Of a stretch of 64,000 bases of DNA, positions 39,731-49,875 are shown piece by piece. The notes beneath the pieces were generated by a model. That model saw only the letters and a program-made list of their open reading frames with translations, ran no database searches and was not told the DNA's origin. The stretch lies in assembly GCA_035294005.1 (NCBI GenBank), contig DATGLT010000406.1, positions 332 to 64,331 on the forward strand. Reading direction: 5' to 3'. The stretch is from Verrucomicrobiia bacterium. GTDB taxonomy: Bacteria; Verrucomicrobiota; Verrucomicrobiia; Limisphaerales; UBA8199. Within the stretch, counting starts at the first letter, position 1. Each line of letters starts with the position of its first letter. The translations under genes and the position numbers were made by a program.

Positions 39731-41350
39731 TCAGTTGAGTCGCGCCGGCTGAACCAGTCCTGGAAGCGTTGCGCGGAAAGTGTCCGTGGCTTGCTCTCCT
39801 GAATCCGGCCCGCCGACGACGAGTTCGAGCACTTGCTGGCCGAGGTGTCGTTTGCCTGCCAACACCGCCTCAATCCGGCTCAGTTGGGAACCGTCCTCCA
39901 GCAACGGCTTTTCGGTCGGCGATATTCGGTCCGGCCACAGGCAGTAGAACACGTGAAAGATCCTGCCATTCATTTCGAAACTTTGATGCCGGAAGGCCAT
40001 TTGGAAATCCTGCACACGCACTACAACCTTTCCAAAATCCTCAAGGAGTTTGGCGCCCGCCGCCGTGAAGCAAATGTCCGGCTTGTGACCCGATGCGAGC
40101 TGGGCCGAGTTTTTACCCGGCTTCCACTTCAACAGAAACCCGCTCCATTCATTTCCTGCGGAATCCTGCCATGCTGCGGCCTGGCTATCGGAGCATCGCA
40201 AAATCGCGAGCGCTTTTTCCGGAACCACAGCTTTTTTGAAATGAGAACTTTCGGTAGGCCACGCGGCGGACCAGCGCGCTGTGGGAATCAGGTGCGTTTC
40301 ATGGGAGCGGTACCAAAGCTCCGACCCTGCGTCCCCGAGCGCGAGCCAGATGAGCGCTCCGGCGCCGAGCCAGCCGGGAAGAGCCGGGAGAGAGCCGTGC
40401 GTACTTTGAGGAGGTGTCGCGAGGCGGGCGCCGCGCTTGAGAAGCCGGCCCAGCAAAAGCAGACCGGGCAAAACGATGAGCATCACTAACAGCCCGGCCT
40501 GATCGTGCCAGGCCTCCATTTGCGTTACCCCGCGGTTTGCTGCGGCCCAAACCAGGAAACTGGTGCGCGCCAAGTTGGCGGCCAGGTCGAACAACAACGA
40601 GGCTCCAATGAGGGCGAGCCGCCTGCCCGGCGCGAATCGGTACATTTCACCAAGGAACAGCGACAACATCAACGCGGACTGGAGCGAACGCACGCCGCTG
40701 CAAGCTTCATCAATTCCGACCAGGCCAACGGTGGTTTCGATGACATTCCCGTGCTGAACGGCAGGGATGCCCAACCAGCCAACAGACTCAACCGTGAGCC
40801 AGGCCGTTACGCGCATCAATCCCTGGATTATCCATTGCTCCAGCAGCATCGGCCATGGCACTGCAACCAGCGCGAACAGGATTGGCGGCGCAAAAAAGCG
40901 CACCCAGCGAATACCCCCGGCAAACCCTACTGCGCACAGGCTTAATCCTACAGCCACGGCTGCGTGCAGCCAATAGAGCAGGCGCCACTCGGGGTTTGCC
41001 TGAAGACAGACGCGAATAACAGGGATGAGCAGCACAAGGCCGGCGGCGATGGGCGCGGCCCAATGCACCCGGTCTGAGGAAGTGGCCGGCCTGCCCGGCC
41101 ATCGCCGCAGGAACAATGCAATCGTAAGGAAAGGCACCATGTAGCCGTACCCGTATTGCGGGTTGAGACGCCATTCGTCGCTCAGCTCTTGGAACACCAT
41201 GAACCAACTCACGCCCAGGGCCAATAACCCCCAAGCCCAACCCGCGCCGAGCCTTGAAACCCACCCCGGGGCCGAGGTTGGCCGCGCCTTCGTTTGCAGC
41301 TCTGACGAGTCGCTGATGTTAGCGCGCAATGGTTCGCTGTGCATTTGCAT
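39731..41350 (-). CDS. Exosortase (EpsH-type) fused to a C-terminal EpsI-like domain
   Basis: NPQYGYGYMVPFL N-terminal motif, multiple TM helices, catalytic-type IDEACSGVRS motif. A ~200-aa soluble C-terminal extension follows (PEKALAILRCSD...GFLLKWKPG...HKPDICF...FHVFYCLW), resembling EpsI. Confidence 0.9.
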   Translation of the reverse strand: MQMHSEPLRANISDSSELQTKARPTSAPGWVSRLGAGWAWGLLALGVSWFMVFQELSDEWRLNPQYGYGYMVPFLTIALFLRRWPGRPATSSDRVHWAAPIAAGLVLLIPVIRVCLQANPEWRLLYWLHAAVAVGLSLCAVGFAGGIRWVRFFAPPILFALVAVPWPMLLEQWIIQGLMRVTAWLTVESVGWLGIPAVQHGNVIETTVGLVGIDEACSGVRSLQSALMLSLFLGEMYRFAPGRRLALIGASLLFDLAANLARTSFLVWAAANRGVTQMEAWHDQAGLLVMLIVLPGLLLLGRLLKRGARLATPPQSTHGSLPALPGWLGAGALIWLALGDAGSELWYRSHETHLIPTARWSAAWPTESSHFKKAVVPEKALAILRCSDSQAAAWQDSAGNEWSGFLLKWKPGKNSAQLASGHKPDICFTAAGAKLLEDFGKVVVRVQDFQMAFRHQSFEMNGRIFHVFYCLWPDRISPTEKPLLEDGSQLSRIEAVLAGKRHLGQQVLELVVGGPDSGEQATDTFRATLPGLVQPARLN

Positions 41351-41362
41351 CAAACAACAGAC

Positions 41363-42139
41363 TTACACATTCGCAACCGGAGGCTCGCTACGATACCGCC
41401 ACAAAATGAGCGGCAACTCCAAGGCCCGGACGTACCTGGGAACAAACCTTCGGGGGTGGGACATGCAGCGGAAGAACCAGCCGAGGACTTTTTGATCCGC
41501 CCAATCCGGGATGCGAACCTGGTCGCCGGTAAGAAACCCGATTGCGGCGCCGATGCAGTGGATGGCGGGCTGCCCTTTGCTCCCTTGTTTTAGGTAAAGG
41601 CCAAGCTTTTCCTGAACGCCGCCGCCAACGCATACCACGACGTGCCGCGGAGCCCGCCGCTCGATCAGTTTGAGCAGGGCCGGATCCGAAATTGGCCCGG
41701 TGCCGTAATTAGGCGCGATGTAACAATCATCGGCTGTCACGGCGCAGCCGTTTGCGCTCAGCCATTTCAGGTTCCGTTCCGAGGCCGCTTTGGAGGGCAT
41801 CACCCAAATGGACGCCCCGGCGCGACGGAAATCAGGCCGGGAAAGCAAGAGCCGAAGATATTTCAAACCCGAGACGCGTTCGATTTGATCCCGGGTCATC
41901 GCGTTCCAAAGGAGCACGAGAAACCCGCTGTCGGTGATCACGAGGTCGGCCTGTTGCAAGGCCTCCCGGTAATCATGGTCGCGGCTCAATTGACAGAGAG
42001 CGGGAGCGGCGGGGGCGAGCACCAGGCCGCCCTTGGATCCCAACTCAACCGCGCTTGAGGCGTCCCCGGTATAGAAGTTAATGCCGAGGATCTTTTGGAA
42101 ACGATGCCGGTTATTCGATTGCAGGGAACTTGCGCTCAT
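41363..42139 (-). CDS. WecB/TagA/CpsF-family glycosyltransferase
   Basis: ~258 aa: GINFYTGDASSAVEL...LVLAPAAPAL...ADLVITDSGFLVLLWN...VVCVGGGVQE follows the family pattern. Confidence 0.85.
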   Translation of the reverse strand: MSASSLQSNNRHRFQKILGINFYTGDASSAVELGSKGGLVLAPAAPALCQLSRDHDYREALQQADLVITDSGFLVLLWNAMTRDQIERVSGLKYLRLLLSRPDFRRAGASIWVMPSKAASERNLKWLSANGCAVTADDCYIAPNYGTGPISDPALLKLIERRAPRHVVVCVGGGVQEKLGLYLKQGSKGQPAIHCIGAAIGFLTGDQVRIPDWADQKVLGWFFRCMSHPRRFVPRYVRALELPLILWRYRSEPPVANV

Positions 42140-42180
42140 ATCGGGAGGTGGTAGACCGATTCAACTGAACGGACGGGACG

Positions 42181-42771
42181 CTAAATGGAGAGCTCGTGGC
42201 TGAGCGGATGGGGGGCGGGATGGGGCCAGCGTGGGGCGACCGGGCCGCACGGATTGCCACTGCAAATCATTTCCGGGGGCAAGCTGCGGGTCGCCACCGA
42301 TCCCACCGTCAGCACGCTGTCGCTCCCGACGGTGACACCTGGACCGACAAACACCTGGGCTCCTACCCAGGCGCCGTCGTTCACGGCAATGGGGCGGTTG
42401 CGAAACGGCATTTCGACCTGACGATAATCATGATTGCCAGTGCACAGGAAAGCCCGTTGCGAAATGCAACAATGCGACCCGATCACCACCGGCTCGAAGT
42501 TCAGGATGAAAACTTCCTCTCCGATCCAGGTAAAATCGCCAATCGTCAGTTTCCACGGAAAATGAATATTGATCCGGGGCTTGAGAATGACCCCGCGGCC
42601 CACCCGTGCTCCGAAGCGGCGCAAAATGGCGCACTTGAAGCTCGTTGGGTACGGCACCGCCGAAAGAAAAACCAGGCACTTGAACGCATACCACAACGCC
42701 TCAACGGGCCGCGAGGCACCGCGACGGAGGCCCTGCGCGGAATTGAACAGGTCATTTCGCACCCGGCTCAT
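42181..42771 (-). CDS. Left-handed beta-helix O-acetyltransferase (WcaF-like)
   Basis: Hexapeptide repeats (IGDFTWIGEEVFI, IGSHCCISQRAFL, VNDGAWVGAQVFV, VGSDSVLTVGSVA). ATG 42771 overlaps the upstream stop (ATGA). Confidence 0.8.
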   Translation of the reverse strand: MSRVRNDLFNSAQGLRRGASRPVEALWYAFKCLVFLSAVPYPTSFKCAILRRFGARVGRGVILKPRINIHFPWKLTIGDFTWIGEEVFILNFEPVVIGSHCCISQRAFLCTGNHDYRQVEMPFRNRPIAVNDGAWVGAQVFVGPGVTVGSDSVLTVGSVATRSLPPEMICSGNPCGPVAPRWPHPAPHPLSHELSI

Positions 42772-43901
42772 TTGCAGTGGGCCTGGCAAGCCTCGAGTAG
42801 TCGCTGCACGATTATCGGCCAGGTATAGTTCAGTTCGACGAGCTGTTTGCCGCGCGCCCCGCGTTGACGCCTCTCTGCTGGCCCCGCCGCTAATGCCAGT
42901 TCCAGCGCCCCGGTTAGCGAGGAGAGACACGGATCGCATTCCCAGCCGGCTTCAGCCTGGGCCAGTTCCGGAAAATTGCAGGCGCTGGTCGCAACCACCG
43001 GGACCGAGCACGCCATAGCCTCCAACAGGCTCATCGGGAACCCTTCCGAATAGGACGGCAGAATGAACAGGCTTGCCGAATGCAACAAGGCCGCCTTGGC
43101 TTTTCCCGTAACAGGGCCGATGAATTCAACGGTTGAATCGAGCTGCAGACTCGTGACGGCGCTTTGGAGCGAAGCCTTGTAGCCATTTTCGTCGGGTCCT
43201 GCGATGAGAAGCTTCCAATCATTATGGAACCGGTTGACCCGGGCCCATGCGGGCAGCAGCAGGTCCAAGCCCTTCTTTGGGTGCAAACGGCCAAGGAAGA
43301 GGGCGCGAAGCCTTGGATCGATCTGCGTAAGAGGGCGTAGTTGTCGGTCGTCCGTTTCAGGCCTGGCAAGCTCGTGCAGGTCGACCCCATTGGGGACAAC
43401 AACAATGGGCGCATCGATGCCACGAGCCCGAATCTGGTCGGCTTCTTTCGACGTTAGTGCCCGCCACAGGCAGGCGTGGCGGAAATTGGCATCCTCAAAC
43501 AACAAGTGCGCCACTTTCTTTTTCCAGCGAGACCGGTTGAGAATGTACGGTTCGAACATGCCATGAACATGGTAGACCAGCGGCTTCTGCCGGCGGCGCG
43601 CGGCGTGGCCAAAAGCCTGGTTGGGTCCGACGTACAAGCCATGCCCGTGCACCACGTCGCTCTTGCTCACCAGGTCGTCGGCCCGGCGCAGCAGTTGGGG
43701 CGACATGTAGAGAAAACCCGGACCCACTCTCCTGAACTGAATAGTTTCCTCTGCGGGCACGCATGGAGCGCCTGAAAAAGTGGCGCAAAGCCTCGACTCA
43801 AACCCCAGCTTCAGCATTTGCCGATGCAAGCTCACGGTGCTGGTGCCCAGGCCTCCTCCTTCGAGAGGTTCCAATGACTGTGTGAAATGCAGGTGGCGCA
43901 C
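42768..43901 (-). CDS. GT4-family glycosyltransferase
   Basis: FLGRLHPKKGLDLLL ... LPSYSEGFPMSLLEAMACSVPVVAT (EX7E motif). GTG start. Confidence 0.85.
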   Translation of the reverse strand: MRHLHFTQSLEPLEGGGLGTSTVSLHRQMLKLGFESRLCATFSGAPCVPAEETIQFRRVGPGFLYMSPQLLRRADDLVSKSDVVHGHGLYVGPNQAFGHAARRRQKPLVYHVHGMFEPYILNRSRWKKKVAHLLFEDANFRHACLWRALTSKEADQIRARGIDAPIVVVPNGVDLHELARPETDDRQLRPLTQIDPRLRALFLGRLHPKKGLDLLLPAWARVNRFHNDWKLLIAGPDENGYKASLQSAVTSLQLDSTVEFIGPVTGKAKAALLHSASLFILPSYSEGFPMSLLEAMACSVPVVATSACNFPELAQAEAGWECDPCLSSLTGALELALAAGPAERRQRGARGKQLVELNYTWPIIVQRLLEACQAHCK

Positions 43902-43943
43902 GAGATCGTCCGTCGAAGTTAAATCCGTTCGCTCCCGAAAAGC

Positions 43944-45311
43944 TCAATCCGCCAACGAACCCGGTCGCGGAGTTTTCCGCCAACCGACCGATTCGATACC
44001 CGAATCGGAATGGGCTCGGGCATTCCTCGGTCGCTTGCGCGGGGGGCCTGCCAAAGCCCGGTGTGCAGCCGAAAGCGCATTTCGGCCGAAATGCTGACAG
44101 GAAACCGTCTGCACGATCGAGATGGACTGGCTCGCAAAGGCCGGTCGGGCGCCGGGATTGTGGTCGATGGTCAGCATCGCTTCAGCCATTTCTTCTGGTG
44201 ATTCCGGATCAAACACGAATCCGTTTCGGCGTATCAGCCGTTTCAAAACGGGATGATCTTTGACGCAGTCATGTTGTTGCGCGTCTTGAGGCTGAAGAGC
44301 CGGGAGCAGGTCCTCCGCGCAGCCGGCGGCGTTGCTCACAATCACGGGCAAACCGGAGGCCATTGCTTCGTTCACCACCAATCCCCACTCCTCACGTGTG
44401 CTGGGCAGAATGAATGCCTCAGCCAAGCCGTAGAAAACCGCATTCTCCTCGATTTGTCTGAAACCATAAAAATGGACGCCGGCGCGCTCGTTCTCGGTCG
44501 TATCAACAGAATCTTGAGCGTCTCCGGCCGTTTCTTTTTCGTGGCACGGGATGCCGAGCTCGTGGCACAAGGACTTCAGAGAGCTTTCTTCGGGACCAGA
44601 CCCGACCAGGACCAAATGCGCCCCAGGAGACTTATTGCAATTGAGATAGCGATGGTAGGCAACAATGAGCCTGTGCAGGTTTTTCTTGGGCACAAACCGG
44701 CCAAGGCTGAGGAAATACCGTTGTGGCAAAGTCAATTTTTTGCGCCAGGCGGCAGCGTTCAGGCGGGCCGCTTGCGCGGCCTGCGCGAAGTAATCGTTGT
44801 CGACAGCATCGTAGCAGGGAAAGATGGAGTCGGGACTCATTCCGAGGGACTCGAAATAACGCGCCTGAGGGGCTCCTCCCACCAGGGCAGCGTCAAAGCA
44901 ACGGACCAACAAACGTTTGATTTTGTGAGCCAGGCCCCATGCACGGGCGGTGCCCGCGTGAGTTTCGTTCATCATGACCGTCCGCAAGCGAAGCGATTTG
45001 GCCGCCAGCAGCGCGGCCAGGGATTGCCTGGGCCAATAGCTGGGGACCAAACAAACCTGCACTTCCAAATCGGCGAGCTTTCGCCTAGCCCCCAAAAACA
45101 CTTTCCAGAACCCCAACTCTTCGGTTGCCACTCCCGGGAACAGAGTGTGGAGCGAACGGTTCGTTTGCGTTCGGCGCCATAGATACTCGCGCGTTTGATC
45201 GGACAACTCGATGCCGTGCACAGCGACTCCCGGCGCGGCTTGCTGAGCCGCAACTACGCGGGCGAGGTGGTATGGACCAAACTGGGCCCAGATGATGGCG
45301 ATCGAGGTCAT
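43944..45311 (-). CDS. GT4-family glycosyltransferase
   Basis: SLGRFVPKKNLHRLI ... LPSTREEWGLVVNEAMASGLPVIVS. Confidence 0.85.
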   Translation of the reverse strand: MTSIAIIWAQFGPYHLARVVAAQQAAPGVAVHGIELSDQTREYLWRRTQTNRSLHTLFPGVATEELGFWKVFLGARRKLADLEVQVCLVPSYWPRQSLAALLAAKSLRLRTVMMNETHAGTARAWGLAHKIKRLLVRCFDAALVGGAPQARYFESLGMSPDSIFPCYDAVDNDYFAQAAQAARLNAAAWRKKLTLPQRYFLSLGRFVPKKNLHRLIVAYHRYLNCNKSPGAHLVLVGSGPEESSLKSLCHELGIPCHEKETAGDAQDSVDTTENERAGVHFYGFRQIEENAVFYGLAEAFILPSTREEWGLVVNEAMASGLPVIVSNAAGCAEDLLPALQPQDAQQHDCVKDHPVLKRLIRRNGFVFDPESPEEMAEAMLTIDHNPGARPAFASQSISIVQTVSCQHFGRNALSAAHRALAGPPRKRPRNARAHSDSGIESVGWRKTPRPGSLAD

Positions 45312-46708
45312 GACGGTTCGTTGCTCGGATTCAACAGGGCCTCTCCTGCGTTTTTATTGATTTCGGCAAAGCAAACCGTGGTTCCACCGGGAATCGCAAC
45401 GGAATAGGCAAACAGCCTTCGAGCCCCGAGGAGCCACGCCAGGAACACCCAGCACGCGATGGGGGCCAGGGTGAACAGAAGGAATTTGAAGATGGAAATG
45501 CCTCCGTCCCTGAACCACTGAGGTGAAAGTGCCAGGGCCGCCAAATAAGCCAGGGCCGCCGTTTTTTCGTTTTGGTTTTTCAAGAACCACCGATAGGCGG
45601 ATCCCGCCAAAGCACCCGCGATGCTGAGCGTGACCACCAACCCCAGCCAACTCCCGCTCATCCATCCGTCGCCGCAAAGGCTAACGGTTAGCCCTACGAA
45701 GTTGCCATAAGCGCCGATGTTGATGGTCCTGACCGGTGCCCCGACCGGTTTGGATTTCCAGAGCAGCCGGGGAATGGGTTCCGTGAACAGTTGCAGGTAC
45801 TGTGAGCCATAAGTGAAGGCGCCGGTCCGATCGGGAACGATCGACACGATATAGGACAGGTAATCGAAGTTGGAATAATCCTGGGTATCCAGCTGTTTGC
45901 GGAGCTTCTCCGCTGTCGTGGTACCCGGGCGGGCATCGACCACTTGAATGACATCGCCTCCAAGGGCTTGCTTGAGCAAATCGCGGTTGTGTCCCAGCAG
46001 GTTAAAGACCACCAGGGCCGGCACGGCGGCAACGATCCAGCCGAAGGAAACCCATTTCTTTCGGTAATACCAGCAGTAGCAAAGCACCGCCATTAACAGG
46101 AACAACAGTATTGTCCAACGCGACCATCCGAACCAAATCCGGTAACCCACGTATGCGGAGACGGGCACCAGGTTGCCCCAATGGAATCGAGTCGCAACCA
46201 TCCACAGGCAGATGAGAGGCATCGCAAAGTGCTGGGCTTCGTTGAGGTACCCGGTCGAGTTGGTGAGGATGTAGATCCCTCCGACGCGCTCGCCTTCAAT
46301 GCCGTTGCGCGTGGCATAAATCGAGTAGGCCACAAACGGGAGTAACACCAGCGTAGTTGCCAGCAACGCGCGACGTTCAAGGGCGGTAAATGACGGCGGC
46401 TGCTTTGTTTGGAATTCCATCTCGCCCCAGCCGGTGGCCAGGGACGCGGCCAAAAAACAGAACAGGCCGGCGCTGCTCACCGCCAGCGTCCGCACAAACG
46501 CCTCGTTGGTTGGTTGAAAAAGCATGTAGTTCCAGCTTGCGTCGAATCCGAACACGTAAACCAGAATTGGCCGGGCAACGAATACAAGTCCGTGAAAGGC
46601 GAGGTAGATTGTCCCGGGATGAAACAAAGAGGCCCGGCCGCTTGCCAGGAAGCATCCGAAAAGCACCAGCCAGAAAATTGCCTGGGCTGCTAGGGCGAGG
46701 TCGATCAT
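45308..46708 (-). CDS. Polytopic membrane protein, probable Wzy-type polymerase (O-antigen-ligase-like)
   Basis: About 10+ TM helices with one larger loop. Its position between GT genes fits a Wzx/Wzy locus. ATG 46708 overlaps the upstream stop (ATGA). Confidence 0.6.
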   Translation of the reverse strand: MIDLALAAQAIFWLVLFGCFLASGRASLFHPGTIYLAFHGLVFVARPILVYVFGFDASWNYMLFQPTNEAFVRTLAVSSAGLFCFLAASLATGWGEMEFQTKQPPSFTALERRALLATTLVLLPFVAYSIYATRNGIEGERVGGIYILTNSTGYLNEAQHFAMPLICLWMVATRFHWGNLVPVSAYVGYRIWFGWSRWTILLFLLMAVLCYCWYYRKKWVSFGWIVAAVPALVVFNLLGHNRDLLKQALGGDVIQVVDARPGTTTAEKLRKQLDTQDYSNFDYLSYIVSIVPDRTGAFTYGSQYLQLFTEPIPRLLWKSKPVGAPVRTINIGAYGNFVGLTVSLCGDGWMSGSWLGLVVTLSIAGALAGSAYRWFLKNQNEKTAALAYLAALALSPQWFRDGGISIFKFLLFTLAPIACWVFLAWLLGARRLFAYSVAIPGGTTVCFAEINKNAGEALLNPSNEPS

Positions 46709-47841
46709 TCGGAGAAGAAGACAGCGGGTTGGTGCAGGCACTTGAGCCACTTCCGGGAAACGGCTTCATAGCCGTAACGCTGCTCGGCCCACTGGTGGAG
46801 CCGGTGCGCATCTACCATCCCTGTGCTCACTCGCCCCGCCATTTCAATCAGCCCCGACTCAAAGCTCTCCCATTCGGTGCCGGTCACTTTGACATCCGGG
46901 TTTGACTCCGCCAATTCCTCGGTCCCTCCGGCTGCTGTGGCGACAAAGGGTACTCCGCGAGACATGGCCTCCACCAATACCAGAGGAAGACCTTCCCAAA
47001 GGCTCGGCAGAACGACCAGGTCGGCTTGATCAAGCAACCGGGGCAGATCCCCGGGCTGGTACTCGCCGTGCACGGCAATTTCCCGCGACAAACCCGAACT
47101 GGCGACAAATTGCCGCAGCGAGCGGAGCATTTGGCCTGATGGGTCGTTCCCATAGATGTCCAGCCGCGCTCGCTGCAACGCCGGATGCGTTCGCAGCGCC
47201 GGCCACGAATGGACCAGCTTATCAGGGCGCTTTTGATCCACCAATCGGCCCAGGTAAATGATGCGCAAACCGGATGCGACACAGCGCCTGCGCCGGACGG
47301 GCGGAGGCGCAGGCGCGTCGGAAGTTAGAAACGGGATGACCCGCATGGGTTTGTCGGGCCAGTGCTCAGCCATGAGGCTGGCTACCTTCCTGGAGTTGGC
47401 AACGGTCGCATCCAGGTTTCTTGCGCAGATTCCCGCAAGACTTTCGGCGCAAGGCGGCACCACAATTTCATGGTTGATCGTCATTGCACCGCCGGGCTTG
47501 AATCGGTGCACATGCAAGTGCGAACGCCCCGCGCCCACGCAATACACCGAATCAGCTCGTCGAGGCAAACGCAGGGGCCACGTCAACGCGGCGTAACACG
47601 TGGCCAGGACCCGGCAACCGCGCAGCGCTGAAGGGGGCAGGGCAAAGCGGGTCCCTGCCGCCTTGAGCTCGTCCAAAACCGTCGAGTCCCAGCAAACCCC
47701 GGTTGCCAGCACCAGCACGTCCGTGTTCTGGCGCCGCAGCAGTTTCACCAGTTTCATAACGTGCGTCCGAATTCCACCAAGCCCCAGGATGGTGCCGCTG
47801 ACAACGACACGCCGTTCGGGATCTTGAATTCTTCCGCGCAT
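46705..47841 (-). CDS. GT4-family glycosyltransferase
   Basis: YLGRLVDQKRPDKLV ... LPSLWEGLPLVLVEAMSRGVPFVAT. ATG 47841; the alternative TTG at 47862 overlaps the upstream stop. Confidence 0.85.
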   Translation of the reverse strand: MRGRIQDPERRVVVSGTILGLGGIRTHVMKLVKLLRRQNTDVLVLATGVCWDSTVLDELKAAGTRFALPPSALRGCRVLATCYAALTWPLRLPRRADSVYCVGAGRSHLHVHRFKPGGAMTINHEIVVPPCAESLAGICARNLDATVANSRKVASLMAEHWPDKPMRVIPFLTSDAPAPPPVRRRRCVASGLRIIYLGRLVDQKRPDKLVHSWPALRTHPALQRARLDIYGNDPSGQMLRSLRQFVASSGLSREIAVHGEYQPGDLPRLLDQADLVVLPSLWEGLPLVLVEAMSRGVPFVATAAGGTEELAESNPDVKVTGTEWESFESGLIEMAGRVSTGMVDAHRLHQWAEQRYGYEAVSRKWLKCLHQPAVFFSE

Positions 47842-47858
47842 GGAATCAGTGATCAAAA

Positions 47859-48617
47859 TCAACCGTGCTGCCCGTTGCTGGTTCGTTCGTACATGGCGAG
47901 AGTGGCTGACCCGTTTTTCAGGGGAGATCCCTTGATGCGCAAACCTGCGGCTTGAAGGGTGCCGAAGATTGCTTCCGGGCCGGAGCCGGGCCTTTCGTGA
48001 ACCTCGATCATCACGCGCGAGACGCGGTCCAACAACGTGGGATAGCTGTCCAGCAGTTCGTACTCCGCGCCTTCAATATCGACCTTGAGCAGATCGATGT
48101 TACCGGGCGGGATGGCGGCGTCCAGGTCCACATACTCCGCCTTGAGCGCGTGGGTGCCAGGGCCTTTGACGAGGCTGGCGCTAAGAAAATTGCTTGGACA
48201 TACCCACAGGTCATCGAACCCGGCACGTTTGGAGCCGACCAGTCCCTCGAAAATTGAGTGGCGCCGGCAAAGGCCGGACTGCGCGAGATTGGACCGAATA
48301 ACCTGCGACAGTTTCGGGTTGGGTTCGACCATCACGTACTGCGGCTGACAGGAACCAAACTGAGTTTCAAAACAAACGTCGGCCAGCATGCTGAAGTGGC
48401 CACAATGTGCTCCGAGGTCAACGACGAGCGAGGGCGGTTGCGGTATCCAACCGAAGAGTTGCCAGTAAAATGGGTGGCAAAACACGTCCTGCAGACTGTT
48501 AACCTGGAATTTGTTGTTGAGTGCCAGCCGGTGCTCGCCCAGGAGTTGAACTTCGCAGGTAATCCAGCGCGCCAGCCTGCGATAAAGAAATGATGAGATT
48601 CTGCGTTGCTGACCCAT
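47859..48617 (-). CDS. FkbM-family SAM-dependent methyltransferase
   Basis: VVDLGAHCGHFS ... LLKVDIEGAEYELL. ATG 48617 lies 1 nt after the upstream stop. Confidence 0.8.
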   Translation of the reverse strand: MGQQRRISSFLYRRLARWITCEVQLLGEHRLALNNKFQVNSLQDVFCHPFYWQLFGWIPQPPSLVVDLGAHCGHFSMLADVCFETQFGSCQPQYVMVEPNPKLSQVIRSNLAQSGLCRRHSIFEGLVGSKRAGFDDLWVCPSNFLSASLVKGPGTHALKAEYVDLDAAIPPGNIDLLKVDIEGAEYELLDSYPTLLDRVSRVMIEVHERPGSGPEAIFGTLQAAGLRIKGSPLKNGSATLAMYERTSNGQHG

Positions 48618-48618
48618 A

Positions 48619-49875
48619 CTAATTCCTTGTGGCTTTTGCCTGACGCTTGCTCCAAACCACCTCGTCAATTGCCGTCGCGCTGGATTCCAGATCAAATCTC
48701 GCAGCCGTCGCCCTGGCGCGAACTGAAAACTCGCGCAAGAGACCCGGTGCAGCTTCAATCCGTTCCAGGGCGTCCGCCAACGCTTCCGGATCGCGCGCCG
48801 GCACGATGAATCCGTCAACTCCGTCGGTCACGACCTGCCCGCAATTCGGAGTGGCCACGACGGGCAACCCGTGGGCCATCGCTTCGAGTTGGGTGATTCC
48901 AAATCCATCGGAGATGGTCGGCAGCACGAATACGTGCGCTTCGCTGTAAAGCCGGCCTACCTGGTCTCGAGTGACTGGCCCGATCAGGCGCATGTTATCC
49001 GGCAATGACCGAATTGCCTGTTCTGAAATGCCAATCGGCCCGGCCACCAGGAATTCGAGCTTTCGGCCGCGCAGGATGCGCGCCGCCTCCGCGAGGTACT
49101 GAATTCCTTTCCTTAAAATGACACTCCCCAACCAGAGGATCTTCAAGTTTCCGGGCGTCCGGTCGAGAGGCGGATTATCAGCCGGCCCACTTTCCAGCGC
49201 CAGCGGTACAACCACTAGTTTATCTCGCGATACTCCCTGACGGACCAACGCCCCCCGCGACCATTCCGAGTTCACCAGCACGAGGTCGGCTGTGTCCCAT
49301 TCCGCCCTGATCCGATCCCAGTATCCGGATGACATTCGGCTCTCGACCCGCGCCCAACCGGGCCAGCGCTGGGATTCTTCAAGACAAATATCCTCCTCCA
49401 CTCGTGCCGGATCGACCTGGTCAACCACCGTGAAAACTCCACGCTCGCGCAGGTGTTCCAGCGTCTCGAGGCAGTTGCTATTAAACCCGAAGAAATTGTC
49501 GCTGCGCGAATCCAGGTTTTCCCGCTCCAGGCTGTCTCGAACCATCCGGGCGAACTTGCTGCCAAAGCGACAGTATTCTCCGGAAAGATCGCTGCCCTTT
49601 AAGCGCGATTTTCTAAGGTAAAACAGGGCTCGCTCCGCCAGGACCGAACGAGTGAATGACACCACCCGATCTGAAGGCAGATCCGAAGCGAAATGGGTGG
49701 AGAACGCGCGGCAGCCTCGCGGCCCTGCCTTGAGCAGGCACCGTCCCCACCTGCACCAGGTGTCCACGTACAGAGTCCGAAGCTTGGCCAGCCGGTGGAA
49801 CGAGCGGGGGACCGCATAACTTTCCCGCGAGCCTTCCTGCGCCACGATCCACCGTGAAGGGTTGGAATTATTCAT
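48619..49875 (-). CDS. GT4-family glycosyltransferase
   Basis: WLGSVILRKGIQYLA ... LPTISDGFGITQLEAMAHGLPVVAT. ATG 49875; the track start at 49911 is a TTG. Confidence 0.85.
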   Translation of the reverse strand: MNNSNPSRWIVAQEGSRESYAVPRSFHRLAKLRTLYVDTWCRWGRCLLKAGPRGCRAFSTHFASDLPSDRVVSFTRSVLAERALFYLRKSRLKGSDLSGEYCRFGSKFARMVRDSLERENLDSRSDNFFGFNSNCLETLEHLRERGVFTVVDQVDPARVEEDICLEESQRWPGWARVESRMSSGYWDRIRAEWDTADLVLVNSEWSRGALVRQGVSRDKLVVVPLALESGPADNPPLDRTPGNLKILWLGSVILRKGIQYLAEAARILRGRKLEFLVAGPIGISEQAIRSLPDNMRLIGPVTRDQVGRLYSEAHVFVLPTISDGFGITQLEAMAHGLPVVATPNCGQVVTDGVDGFIVPARDPEALADALERIEAAPGLLREFSVRARATAARFDLESSATAIDEVVWSKRQAKATRN

